From assembly GCF_030028105.1 (NCBI RefSeq), contig NC_092384.1, forward strand, positions 3,949,665 to 4,013,664: DNA of 64,000 bases. The letters run 5' to 3'. Shown piece after piece: positions 39,950 through 50,589 of this stretch (within the stretch, counting starts at the first letter, position 1; the number at the start of each line of letters is the position of its first letter). This stretch comes from Mobula birostris. Taxonomy: Eukaryota. The notes beneath the pieces were generated by a model. That model was given only the letters and a program-made list of their open reading frames with translations, was not told the origin of the DNA and did not search any database. Made by a program: the position numbers and the translations under genes.

Positions 39950-42620
39950 TTCTCTAGTGCACTTTTAAAAATTCATAATATAACTCGTATTTCGTATCGT
40001 AACAAAGTGAAAATGTCCCATCGCTGCTGATATTCCCCTTGTCATAGTTGATGAAACGACGAGGATCGCACACTCTCTCACATGGGCATTAAAATTCCCC
40101 TTCAAGTTATTCCCTGTTGCATTGATACCCTTGTTATATGGGAAATGTGCTTATCATATGTGTTTTATATGCCTCTCCTACTTTTATATAGATCTATTAG
40201 GCTTTTCCTTAGCCTCAAGCTCCAGAGTAAACAAACCCCACCAATTCAATCTCTCCACACAACTATGGTATTCCAATCTAGGCAATACTTTGGTGAATTT
40301 TCGATGCACCATTTTCAATACAATCCATACATTTCTATAGTGTGTCGACGAGAAACATACAAAAAACTGCAAACAATGTTCTAAACTTTGTCTAACTAGC
40401 GTTCTCCAAAACTGCATACTCTTATATAGGTGATCTATGAAAGCAAGCATTTTATATGCCTTCACCATCCAATCATTTATCAGGCAATTATGGAAAGGCA
40501 CCCTTCGAATCACTCTTTTCATTAACATGCAGGACTGTCCTAACATTTGCACTATGGGCACTACTGTTACTTAGCTTCCTAAAATACATCACTCACACAG
40601 AATGATTAAATTACAACCACAAATAGGCCCGGCTGTAGTCGAATTTCCAGTGCTAATCTCCAATCCATTTCTTCACTTAACATATGAAATACCATCACTT
40701 GTCGGCTATCCCTGCCCATTAAGCTTGCACCGCTATGTTAGACGTTGAAGGCTACATTTCAGAGAGCGGGAAAAATCTGGCAGATGATGCACAACTTTGG
40801 TCAAGGTCGTTAGCTTTTAAAGAAACAAAGTGAAGATCAGACATTAATTATATGTGGATATTTTACAGCACGCTGTTTAGCAAGGCGACTTCGGAGTGTT
40901 TGTGCATGAATCGCAAAATGCGACTGGAATGGATTAAGAGGTTCTGTTGTGCGAGATTCCCTGCTGAAGGAATAGTATATTTATCAAGTTGGAGAGTGAA
41001 AGAATTAATTTTGAGAATAATTACCAGAGTCTGGAGCCATAAAAGTACGAGTACAGTGGCTCTGATAGATTGGATGACACTTCAAAAAGCGAAAGAGAAT
41101 GTCAAGAAAGCATCAGTTATCCTTTGCTGTCCAGAGCAAATGGAACAATATAACTTGTTTGGCTCAATTATAGATCTTCATTATTAAATTGATAAGTTAG
41201 TAACTTTATCTATTATTGTCACATGTACGGAACTACTGTGGAAATAAAACTTAATTTGCCAACCATACATATCAGTAAAAGTTAAAAACCGAAGCAATTG
41301 CAGAATAAACTGTCGCACAGTGCGGGCAAACAATAGGATGCCATAACGAGCTAGACTGTCTGGTCCAGAGTCCACCTAAAGGACCTTCAAATTGTCTTTT
41401 AAGAGCGGGAGACAAACTCTCCAGGAATCTGCTGTTACATGCTTCCAGACTTTGGTATCGTGACGGGCGGAGTTGCAGCAGAAGAGAAAATTATCCCTGT
41501 TCATTTGGCTATTGTACAAGACATCGGGAAGCGTAGACAGAGTCCATGGAGATGAGGTTGGTTTCCCCGATATGATGAGGTCTGTACACAGCTTCTGAAG
41601 TATAGATAGCATTAGGACAAAGAAGAAGTAATACAAAAACGTGGGAAGGCCTGGAAAGTTTGACAATTGGGGGCAGTTTAGAATTCAGCAGAATTATTAT
41701 AAAGGTGGTGAAGGCGTAAGTGGAAAATAACAACACAAAAGTTGAGGGCCTAATGGTCTACACCCCAGAATACGTAAGAAATTGGCCCCAAAATAATTGG
41801 TGGTTACTTTCCAGAATTTTATGGAGTCGCTAGAATGCAGAACAGTTTCGCAGGACTGCAAGACCCAACATATAAGCCCGATATGTAAACTATAAAATGC
41901 AATGAAAGCAGGGAATTGTAGATAAGTGGGTGGAAAAAATGTTGCAAAGGTAGCCTTGGAGAACTTGATGGGGAGAGCTAAAAGCATGATCTATTAAAGC
42001 AAAGTTATGTTTAAAATTTATAGTAAGTCATCTTTTGACAGTATAGCTGGCAAATATCATTCAGAGAATTAATTATTTCGTGTAATTACAATTCCGAAAC
42101 ATTTCAATAACATCCCACAACAGAGCTTGGTGCAAAATTAAAACTTGTGGTATTAGAGATTTATTAAAATGTTAACCATGATCGAGAATGAGTTGGCCAA
42201 AAAGGAACAGAGCTTTTTGCCCCAAATGGAAAAAGGTGCCTAGTGAGGAACCACAGTGAACATGCTGGGATTGCAGTTATTCAGCGTATATGACGATCAA
42301 TTCAATAAGAGGATTAAATGGAATCCATCCAATATTTGAGGACAGCATAATGTTGTGTGAGAAAGTAAGCCTTGAGAACGAAACCAAGAAACTCCATACT
42401 GAGAGAGTGTAGAGATATCTAGCAGATGACGGAAAAATCCAAATAGATTAACTTTGGGGCTAAAGACAAGGGAAGTAATTTTGTGAATACTAAGTCAATA
42501 GGAAAGGCAGAGCTGAATGTTGGCAACACACACAAAAGATTGCTTGGCCTGTTGAGTTCCTCCAGCACTTTGTGTGTGTTGCTTGGATTTCCAGCATCTT
42601 GTTGATGAATGTCAGCACGC
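39950..42620. mobile_element. Mosaic of very old CR1, Rex-like and Penelope-tail fragments
   Basis: MVKAYKMLAFI...WRTLVRQSLEHCLQF (40184-40561, minus) and PTSSPWTLST (41376-41666, minus), among others. Confidence 0.5.
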
Positions 42621-43499
42621 AGCCAAAACTTGGAACGTAAGAGGGAGATAGAGTGCTTATCTTCCTCTCAGGAATAGTCCAATAAGCCACTAGGCAGATC
42701 CCTCTGCAATGGTACACCTTTATCTGACCGCAATTTCAATACCGTGGGCAGTCTTGGACTATTTCCTGCTCAAAGTTCTTCTAACTGTTGAGGGCGTTCA
42801 GTGGAAGTTCAAGAGATTAATTCCTGGTTTATGAGCTTTCTCTGGAGTTTAGCATCATGACAGGGGGTTTCATATGTGGTTTTAAATTGACAGGTCTAGA
42901 AAGATGTGATGTAGGAATGATGCGCTCAATGGAGAGGGAGGCCATTGCAAAATGGAGAAAGGAACCTAAGACCGAAGTCATTGCACTTCGTCGGAGCGGA
43001 TTGAAACTGTGCAGCTCTTAATATCTGCAATTTCTGGAATCACAATCATTAAATATATTCAAAATAGAGCAGATATTGTTGTAGACCGAGACAATAACGT
43101 AGGAGTGAAATATTAGTCTTACGAATCGGCGATATTGGGAGTACCTTGGACTGTCATCTGCTAATATTCAGGGGCGTTCAGCATTACGGTTGCATGGGTT
43201 GACAATACCGCTTACCTTCAGTTGCCCTAATACCGTCGTGTAAATCTATCACACAGCCAACAGAAGGTTATCTAGTGGCGTTTGAATGGTTAAATGAATA
43301 CGATATTTAGGAGCACTTTGACCGTCAGAGTTTAAATTTCGGGAGACGCTGCACTCAAGGAGATGAAGCTGATGCGTCACAGGTCGGCCAACTTTTGGAT
43401 TTTTCGAGCAAATGTATAATATCCGAACCAAGTATCCCCTCAAATACTATTGTTTAATTCAACTGCGTAATTATACAATAAATACAAGACCAAAAAAGT

Positions 43500-43609
43500 C
43501 TAGAGTTTAACTCTACCTGTCACAATGAAGGTGAGAATCAGGAAGAACATTACTCCTCTTGCTAGGTAACCGAAATTCTGATCAGCAAATGAATTGTAGT
43601 TGCCTGAAT
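43500..43609 (-). CDS. IgSF VJ-C1 receptor, candidate terminal TM exon (DSGNYNSFADQNFGYLARGVMFFLILTFIVTGRVKL*)
   Basis: Acceptor aacgttacag| in phase 1, matching the C1 donor; hydrophobic run with an intramembrane Arg and a short tail; stop 43500-43502; ATTAAA at 43453-43458. Gives a 255-aa L-V-C1-TM protein. An internal G|GTAGAG donor at 43517 is also possible. Confidence 0.65.
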
Positions 43610-43881
43610 CTGTAACGTTAATCATAAATTTAGTGATGAGCTTTAAATTGCATACGGCATTTAAATTGCAACTCAGTCAAATATTTCATCATTTCACAGT
43701 ATTTTGCATAATATTAGATTATGACTGTTCGGGCGAGATAAACATACAAAGCTGTTTTCCCATGGTTCAGTGTGTTAGGATGCTGTCTAGTGAATATCTG
43801 TAGAAGGCTGTGAGTATTGTATCGCATAGACCTGCTTTGTTCAGAAAGTCGAAACGTAGCCGAGATTCCCTGTTTTGTGTA

Positions 43882-44686
43882 GGATGTTGGTGGCAAAAAT
43901 AGGAAAACAGATTATTATCTGAATGGTGGCCGATTAGGAAAAGGGGAGGTGCAACGTGACCTGGGAGTCATTATACACCAGTCATTGAAAGTAGGCATGC
44001 AGGTACAGCAGGCGGTGAAAAAGGCGAATGGTATGCTGGCATTTATAGCGAGAGGATTTGAGTACAGGAGCAGGGAGGTACTACTGCAGTTGTACAAGGC
44101 CTTGGTGAGACCGCACCTGGAGTATTGTGTGCAGTTTTGGTCCCCTAATCTGAGGAAAGACGTCCTTGCCATAGAGGGAGTACAGAGAAGGTTCACCAGA
44201 TTGATTCCTGGGATGGCAGGACTTTCATATGAAGAAAGAATGGATGAACTGGGCTTGTACTCGTTGGAATTTAGAAGATTGAGGGGGGATCTGATTGAAA
44301 CGTATAAGATCCTAAAGGGATTGGACAGGCTAGATGCAGGAAGATTGTTCCCGATGTTGGGGAAGTCCAGAACGAGGGGTCACAGTTTGAGGATAAAGGG
44401 GAAGCCTTTTAGGACCGAGATTAGGAAAACCTTCTTCACACAGAGAGTGGTGAATCTGTAGAATTCTCTGCCACAGGAAACAGTTGAGGCCAGTTCATTG
44501 GCTATAGTTAAGAGGAAGTTAGATATGGCCCTTGTGGCTACGGGGGTCAGGGGGTATGGAGGGAAGGCTGGGGCGGTGTTCTGAGTTGGATGATTAGCCA
44601 TGATCATAATAAATGGCGGTGCAGGCTCGAAGGGCCGAATGGCCTACTCCTGCACCTATTTTCTATGTTTCTATGTTTCTATGTAC
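43882..44686 (+). mobile_element. Young CR1 3' end, antisense within the Ig gene
   Basis: Uninterrupted 170-aa C-terminal ORF2 (43949-44461); (TTTCTATG)3 tail. Confidence 0.92.
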
Positions 44687-45332
44687 TCTGAGACTATGAG
44701 ACGTTGTGTGACTTGTGCACGCCCAGGAGTTTAAAACTATTCGTAGTTTTCCCTTCTGTACCGCGGGTGTAAAGAGGGTGCGAGTTTTCCTGAAGCGGGT
44801 AATCATCGTCCTTGTCAAGTTTACATTGAGGACAAAGTTATCTGCCTGGCGCCTGGCCTCGAGCTCTTCCAAATCCACTGGGCACTTTGAAATTTATCTG
44901 AAAATAACGCTAGGATACCCTAAGGTCGATTAATTCGCCGTGACCGAGCAGTGAAAAAGGATGTCCGTTCCGACTGAGTTTCACGTTGTCCAAAGCCGCC
45001 ATTCCTTCGTTTTATCTTATATTTTTCATTCAGGACCTCGCTGCTGTTTTTAAATATTTGTAATCCAGCACTCCGCTGATCTAATGACTTGTTAGTTGTT
45101 TTTATCTTCTCTCTAAAGCACTATACGTTGTGGGAGATCAGTGCGTCCTTAAAATCATCACAGAATATAATTGATAAGATTCGTCTACGTAGAGAAAATG
45201 AATTAGGATTGGGGTTGTTGTACATTGTAATAGCTTCACAGTCATTCTCGCAGACTGTAGAATCATTCGCAGAATTACGTTACTAATTCAAATCAATCAA
45301 TCCAAATTTGTCAGAAGCAATGTTAACTTACA

Positions 45333-45478
45333 TTAACTATGTGATATTTTGGAACAGCATGCGTATCCAGAGGCGACATTAGATAGGCCTCGGGGTTGTG
45401 ACAGTTGATTAAGTAGTGCATTACTTTGGTGCGTATACTGCTGGTGGCTGCTCCCTGATACCACGGATTTTTGTTCTA
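45333..45478 (-). CDS. Candidate cytoplasmic exon after the Lys-TM exon
   Basis: Acceptor tactttctacag|; 47 open codons in phase 1 (VEQKSVVSGSSHQQYTHQSNALLNQ...SHS*). In phase 0 it starts with an immediate TAG. Confidence 0.25.
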
Positions 45479-45951
45479 CTGTAGAAAGTATGGCCACTAG
45501 AACAGGCAGATAAATAACGGTGACGGTGTCTTAGCTATCTCAGTTACACAAGGAACCCCATCTTCTGCGTTTCATTCTTATTTCAGGATTCTGTTTTTCT
45601 TTGTTTCAGGGAACGTTTGCATCCCAATAAGAGACAGTGTCATCGAACCTAAATCACAACGTCTTAGCGGTCTTGAAGGTATACCCCCTGTGTGTTTTAA
45701 GGGGTGGTGCATTGTCTCGAACCTGTCGTCACAATTTCAAAATCAAAGGGCAGATGTTGCCATGTTGTTAACAATTCTCGGGCGCTAACCTGTTAGATGA
45801 TCTGCCCACGGCCCAATACTTAGATGCATTCACAAAGATGGCACACACGCGCCTTTAATTTGCCTTCACACCGAAGATTCAAAGTCAAAGTCAGTCGAGG
45901 TTATTGCCCTATGCAAATATACCTGTATTCACAAATACAGAGAAAACTTAC

Positions 45952-46049
45952 CTCCATTGTCATCAGAGGGACATGCGATCTTGAATGCGGCGTTCGCAAT
46001 AAAATAAGAATTTTTAGAACAGAGAACAGAAGGTGAGACCAAAGGAGTT
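45952..46049 (-). CDS. Candidate alternative TM exon (ELLWSHLLFSVLKILILL...)
   Basis: Acceptor ttttgcaccaaacag| phase 1, in frame with C1; perfect G|GTAAGT donor; hydrophobic segment with Lys. As assembled it is 98 bp and exits in phase 0, possibly 1 nt short. Confidence 0.45.
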
Positions 46050-46169
46050 CTGTTTGGTGCAAAATCATCAAGGGGTCAGCGTTTGCCTGATCTGTACTAA
46101 TCGGGGTTTTGAAAGCTAGTTCATCAAAAAGAAGTACTTATTCTTAAACTCGGTACTGCTGCTACTCAG

Positions 46170-46800
46170 CCTCCTGTAGCTCCCAAACAGGAGATAATCT
46201 GCAGCAACACACACAGAATGCCGGAGGACCTCAACAGGTCAGGCAGTATCTGCGGAAAGGAATAAACAGTCGATGTTTCAGGCCGAGACCCTTCTTTAGT
46301 ACAGAAAAGGAAGGTAGTTGGGGAGGGCAGAATAAAAAAAAATAGGGGAGGGGAAGGAGGATAGGCAGCTGGCATAAAAAGATACGGATCTGGAGAAAAA
46401 GGAATTTGATAGTAGAGGACAGTGGATCACAGGAGGAAGGGAAGGGGTGGGGGCACCCAGAAGAAGGTGCTAGGCAGGTGAGAAGGCGTATGAGCTAGAC
46501 TGCAGAATGTAAAAAGAGCGGAGAGAAGGAGAAAGTTGGCGGAATGAGAAATCGATATTCATGCAATTAGGCTGCAGGCTGCCCAAACAGAATATAAACC
46601 GTTGCTACTCCACCCTGAATATCGCTTCATCCAGACACAAGAGGCAATGGATCGACATGTAGGAATAGGAGTGGGAATTGAACTTAAGTATTTGGCCACC
46701 GGGTAGTTCCACTTTTGGCGGATGGAACAGAGGTGCTCGACAAAGCAGTTTCCCGCTTAATACTAGTATCGCCATGTAGATTAATGGGGAGAGACGAATG
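46170..46800 (-). mobile_element. Degenerate Penelope-like 3' fragment in the C1-TM intron
   Basis: Similar to the GIY-YIG end and tail of 58576-60270; decayed hammerhead at 46266-46301. Confidence 0.7.
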
Positions 46801-47404
46801 GGCAAGCAAATAATGGAGAGAGCGTTCACTATACTTCACCTTTTATTAGGATTGTGCTTCTTTTTCTATAACCTTGCAATTTATATTTAATATGATTTTG
46901 ATGATTGCTGTGCATCTGATGCTGCTGCAGGTAGTATTTTCATAGCACTATAACGTCTACTTTGGCTTTGATATTTAACTTAGACATTGCTCAGTTTCAC
47001 CGATATTGATAGAATCATGCAACGTTATATTAGTGCAGAAAATTTGACAGGAAGGTGACGTATAAGATGCAGTCATATGGAAAGACAGGACAGGATTCAA
47101 TGAAACATTGAGGTCCCATTCCTTATGTCCTCAGTATCTGACTTATGTGGACTTATATATCCATATTTTTTTTCATAAATGATGGATGCCACCTATAAAA
47201 CTTATTAAACAAGATTTACCTATCAGTTATTATTATTCTTGGTGATGGAGTTTCCATTCTTTTAAATTTCTAAGCTTAATACATTTTGGAGCTTGCCGTT
47301 TTCATTTTCGCAACAAAGGTACAAGTAGATTGCAGATCATCAACTCATACAGTATTCGTACATAAAGTATGGACAGCCAAACGAGTGCAAAATGTTTAAC
47401 GTAG

Positions 47405-47410
47405 TTTATT
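47405..47410 (-). promoter_or_regulatory. Candidate intronic polyadenylation signal AATAAA after C1 read-through stop
   Basis: tttatt on + strand at 47405-47410, 30 nt past the in-frame TAG (47441-47443) reached when the C1 donor is skipped. Confidence 0.35.
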
Positions 47411-47457
47411 GTGAACCGCTCAGATGCTAAATACACGGAGCTAATAACTGATCTTAC

Positions 47458-47760
47458 CTGGATTGTAGAAAATGTAGCTGATGTTGGCAGGGTTTGGAAG
47501 AGCGACGTGAGAAACCTGGCAGGTATAAACTGTCCCGTCCTCCACAGGCTCAGTCTCAGTCAGGCAGCTTGAAGCCTCGTACAATCCCGCAGTTGTCTTT
47601 GTTTTGATAGGCTGGACTTCAGGTATAATATCTGAGCAATTCTTGTACCAAGTTATGTTCAGACCTTGCGGGAAAAACGCAGCGGTGTTACAAATAAGAG
47701 CCAGGGTGACTGATTGGTTCTTAGGCAGCATAACCATCAGACGCAGCGGGGTTGGAGGAT
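47458..47760 (-). CDS. IgSF VJ-C1 receptor, exon 3 (C1-set domain)
   Basis: Acceptor ttttatttctag|, donor G|GTAAGA, 303 bp, phase 1/1, open. C1 hallmarks LALICNTAAFFPQGLNITWYKN and YTCQVSH; sequons NQS, NIT, NCS, NIS. Confidence 0.92.
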
Positions 47761-49536
47761 CTAGAAATAAAATGTTTTTTTTTTAGCAACACAAAGCTTT
47801 TAACAAATTTGAAGTAAATTACATTGCAGCATCAAAAAATAACTTCATGGAATGACAATTGTCCTTCAGTTTTCTTCTGCCGAGAAGTTAGAACTTTTTA
47901 TTTAAATGTTTAACTTGTTTTCTCTGTGATATTCATTCCCTCCAAACCCAACTGCCTTTCTTTTAAATTTGATTGTTGAATGCTTTGTTTTCATGGGTCA
48001 CGCCAACTTGTACATCGCTTGCTATTTCTAGATCTTGCGGAACTAAAAGAGAGGTAGCTACAGACAAAATGAATGGAACGCTGAGCTTCATGTACAAAAG
48101 TTCAGATTCAAAGCATTAAATTGAAAGTTACATTGCCCCGTTTTTGATTATAATTCGGTGACCCAACTGAAGGAAGTTTACTTCTTTATAATAGTTCAGC
48201 AGGTCAATTTGAAAATTGCACTCTCACTGATTGTTAATTAGAGTACCTAACCAGGGGACAAGGTTTATTGATAAATAAATCCAGATGAAGAACACGGTTC
48301 AGTAAGAAGAATTGTTTATCAAAGAGAAAAGAGAGAGAAAAAAAATGTTTCTGCAATTCGAAAACCTTTTACCGAACCAAAAATACTGACACAGAAATTA
48401 TTCAGACTACGTGAAAGGTACAAATCCCTTTCAAGTTGTATTCCCATCATGGATTTGTCATTGTCAAGCTCCATTTACAATAGTTCACACAGAATGTGAG
48501 CTTGAGATGCAAAGACTCAAGTAACTTTGCGCCCACAATCATCACTCTATATGTGTGATCGTACCGTCGTTTCTCATTCTGAAAATAAGAAGGATCCATG
48601 TAATAAATTTCATAGATCATCATTGCATTATCAATCATTCAGTCTTTCAAGTCCAAGCATTTTCCAGGAAAAAAAAAACAAGAGTGTGATCAAATCATAC
48701 ACTTCAGGAAAATATGTGGCAGCAATGAAGCTGGTCCAGGAGAAATGCACACATACAATGAAAGAAGCGCTGTACTTGTGAGATGATATCAGAAGTCTGG
48801 ATGGAAAAAGAATCTTGGCCTTATAGATTTATGTGAGGCTGAGATAGGCCGGATGGCCAGAATTCTCGTTTTCTATCCTGTGGCAGGTGAGTCCAGAAAG
48901 AAAAGGCACTTTGTAACGGCGGAAATTTAGAAACGTTATGCGTTCGTTTTTGCCCCACATAGAGGCTGGTGCCACAACCTGTAAATTGTACCGAAACTTG
49001 ATGGGAAGGCTCAAGCAAGTATAAACCGAAATCAGGCAAATCAAATTCAGCTGGACCGTTTCTTTCTACGACACGTCTACGATTCCGTCATTCTATGCAC
49101 TTAAAAAAAATAATAAATAGTCTCACTGAGCGCGAGCATATTCGACACCACAAATAGAACCTCTTTCAACAACGTCGACAGGTTGTCTATAGTGTGCACA
49201 TTGGATATTACAACAGCCTCCCATTAGCATTTCATCAATAGGATTAAAACTGCCCCAGACTGCAGTCATTTTACTATCCAGGGTAGGAAAGCCATGCCGC
49301 ATTTACTGATCAAGCACTGTCACTTCTGACCCAGATGGCTGCTTGAGAATTTAGGAAGTTACCCATTAGCTACATAGTATGCTTCTAACAATCATGGATC
49401 ACTAAATCAGCTCGGCAGTAATGTTGGTTTTCCTAGTAACGCCCAAATCCATTAGATAGAGAAAGCACAAAACATTTTACACAAGGGGAGCGAGCGAATG
49501 GGACAGACAGACCTCGCCTGGTCCTCTGGCACTCAC

Positions 49537-49845
49537 CGTAAACCATCAGCTTTGTACCCGTCCCATTTGAAACTGTGGCGTGTATCAACCGGCAGAAATA
49601 AACCCCGGCGTCTTCTGCTGTCACAGCATTAATCTGTAAGATGGCACTTCCCTGGCTTAGGAAATATGAATAGATTCTTCTGTCGAGTCTCTCGTCCAGG
49701 TAACTGTCTTCCCCGTCTCTCCACCAATGCACTCTCACGTATTTATGGGGCAAAATTGGAAAGATGCAGTAAAGTTTTGCCGTGTCACCTCTCGTCACCG
49801 TAACCTCGGGATCTTGCCTCAAGGTGAACGCAGAATTACCTTTGG
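49537..49845 (-). CDS. IgSF VJ-C1 receptor, exon 2 (V-set domain with joined J-like segment)
   Basis: Acceptor tttcccaacag|, donor G|GTGAGT, 309 bp, phase 1/1, open. B-strand Cys (KLYC), C-strand Trp (VHWW), DAGVYFC, J-like NGTGTKLMV. Confidence 0.93.
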
Positions 49846-50043
49846 CTGTTGGGAAAGCATTAAACACAAAATCAAATATCTAGTCCGGAAAATACACAGA
49901 GGATTACGCAAATCATATGAAATTGGCGTTCAACGAAATACAAAAAAAATACAGCTACATTGATAGAAAATAACAAATGAAATGCAATATTAAATATTAC
50001 TCAGTTGAATATAAAATAAGATTGTAGCGAGCGAGAAGTATAC

Positions 50044-50089
50044 CGGTGCCGCTGACATTCAGGATGATCAAAGGCAGCAAGAGTCTCAT
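50044..50089 (-). CDS. IgSF VJ-C1 receptor, exon 1 (leader/signal peptide, MRLLLPLIILNVSGT)
   Basis: ATG at 50089; 46 coding nt (15 codons + 1) of hydrophobic peptide; G|GTATAC donor, phase 1. Typical Ig-family leader exon size. A 198-bp intron leads in frame into the V exon. Confidence 0.8.
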
Positions 50090-50589
50090 TATCTCACAGC
50101 ACAAAACTGAAAGAAACAGTTGAATGAACGAAGTGACAAATGAACAGCGAGAGGGGTGCTACGAGAAAGGTTTGGTTCCAGTGGGCGTGTCAGGCGTCAA
50201 ATCTGCGCACATATTAATTACATCTCTGCACAGCGAAACATATCAGGGGTTGTTACTGGTCACTTGCGAATCTGTGAAGGATGTGCAAAAATATGAATGT
50301 GTTTTTTTTCCTGTAGCTACATTCTCTAATGAGCAGTGTTCTCGTTATGAACATCCTGTCCGAAAGGGCTAATTAAACTGGACGGGATTTTCTTCTCGGA
50401 GGTGTTACTTGCTCAATTTTTTTTTCTCTTTTTTGGTTCATTTAAGAGACTCCTGGATGAATACATGGAGCTTAATAAATAAAGAGTCATGGGTAAGACT
50501 AGGTAGTTCTAAGGTAAGGACATGTTCGGCACAGCTTTGAGCGCCGAAGGGCCTGTATTGTGCTGTGGGTTTTCTATGTTTCAACGTTT

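Noticed and set aside
43217-43246. 30-bp minus-strand mini-exon with a GTAAGC donor downstream of the Arg-TM exon
   Set aside because: Using it needs the internal donor at 43517, which would put Asp directly after a short TM, and no following exon was found. It cannot be excluded without RNA data.
45610-45678. Plus-strand 69-bp exon-like unit (tttctttgtttcag|...GAAG|GTATAC, open in phase 1)
   Set aside because: No partner exons or recognisable peptide; it is antisense to the Ig gene, and such signals arise by chance in AT-rich DNA.
47441-49867. Interpretation as a germline-joined Ig light chain or a rearranged TCR
   Set aside because: No C-terminal interchain Cys motif, WWRD instead of WYQQ, a short CDR3-like loop, no octamer seen in the proximal promoter, and TM exons downstream.
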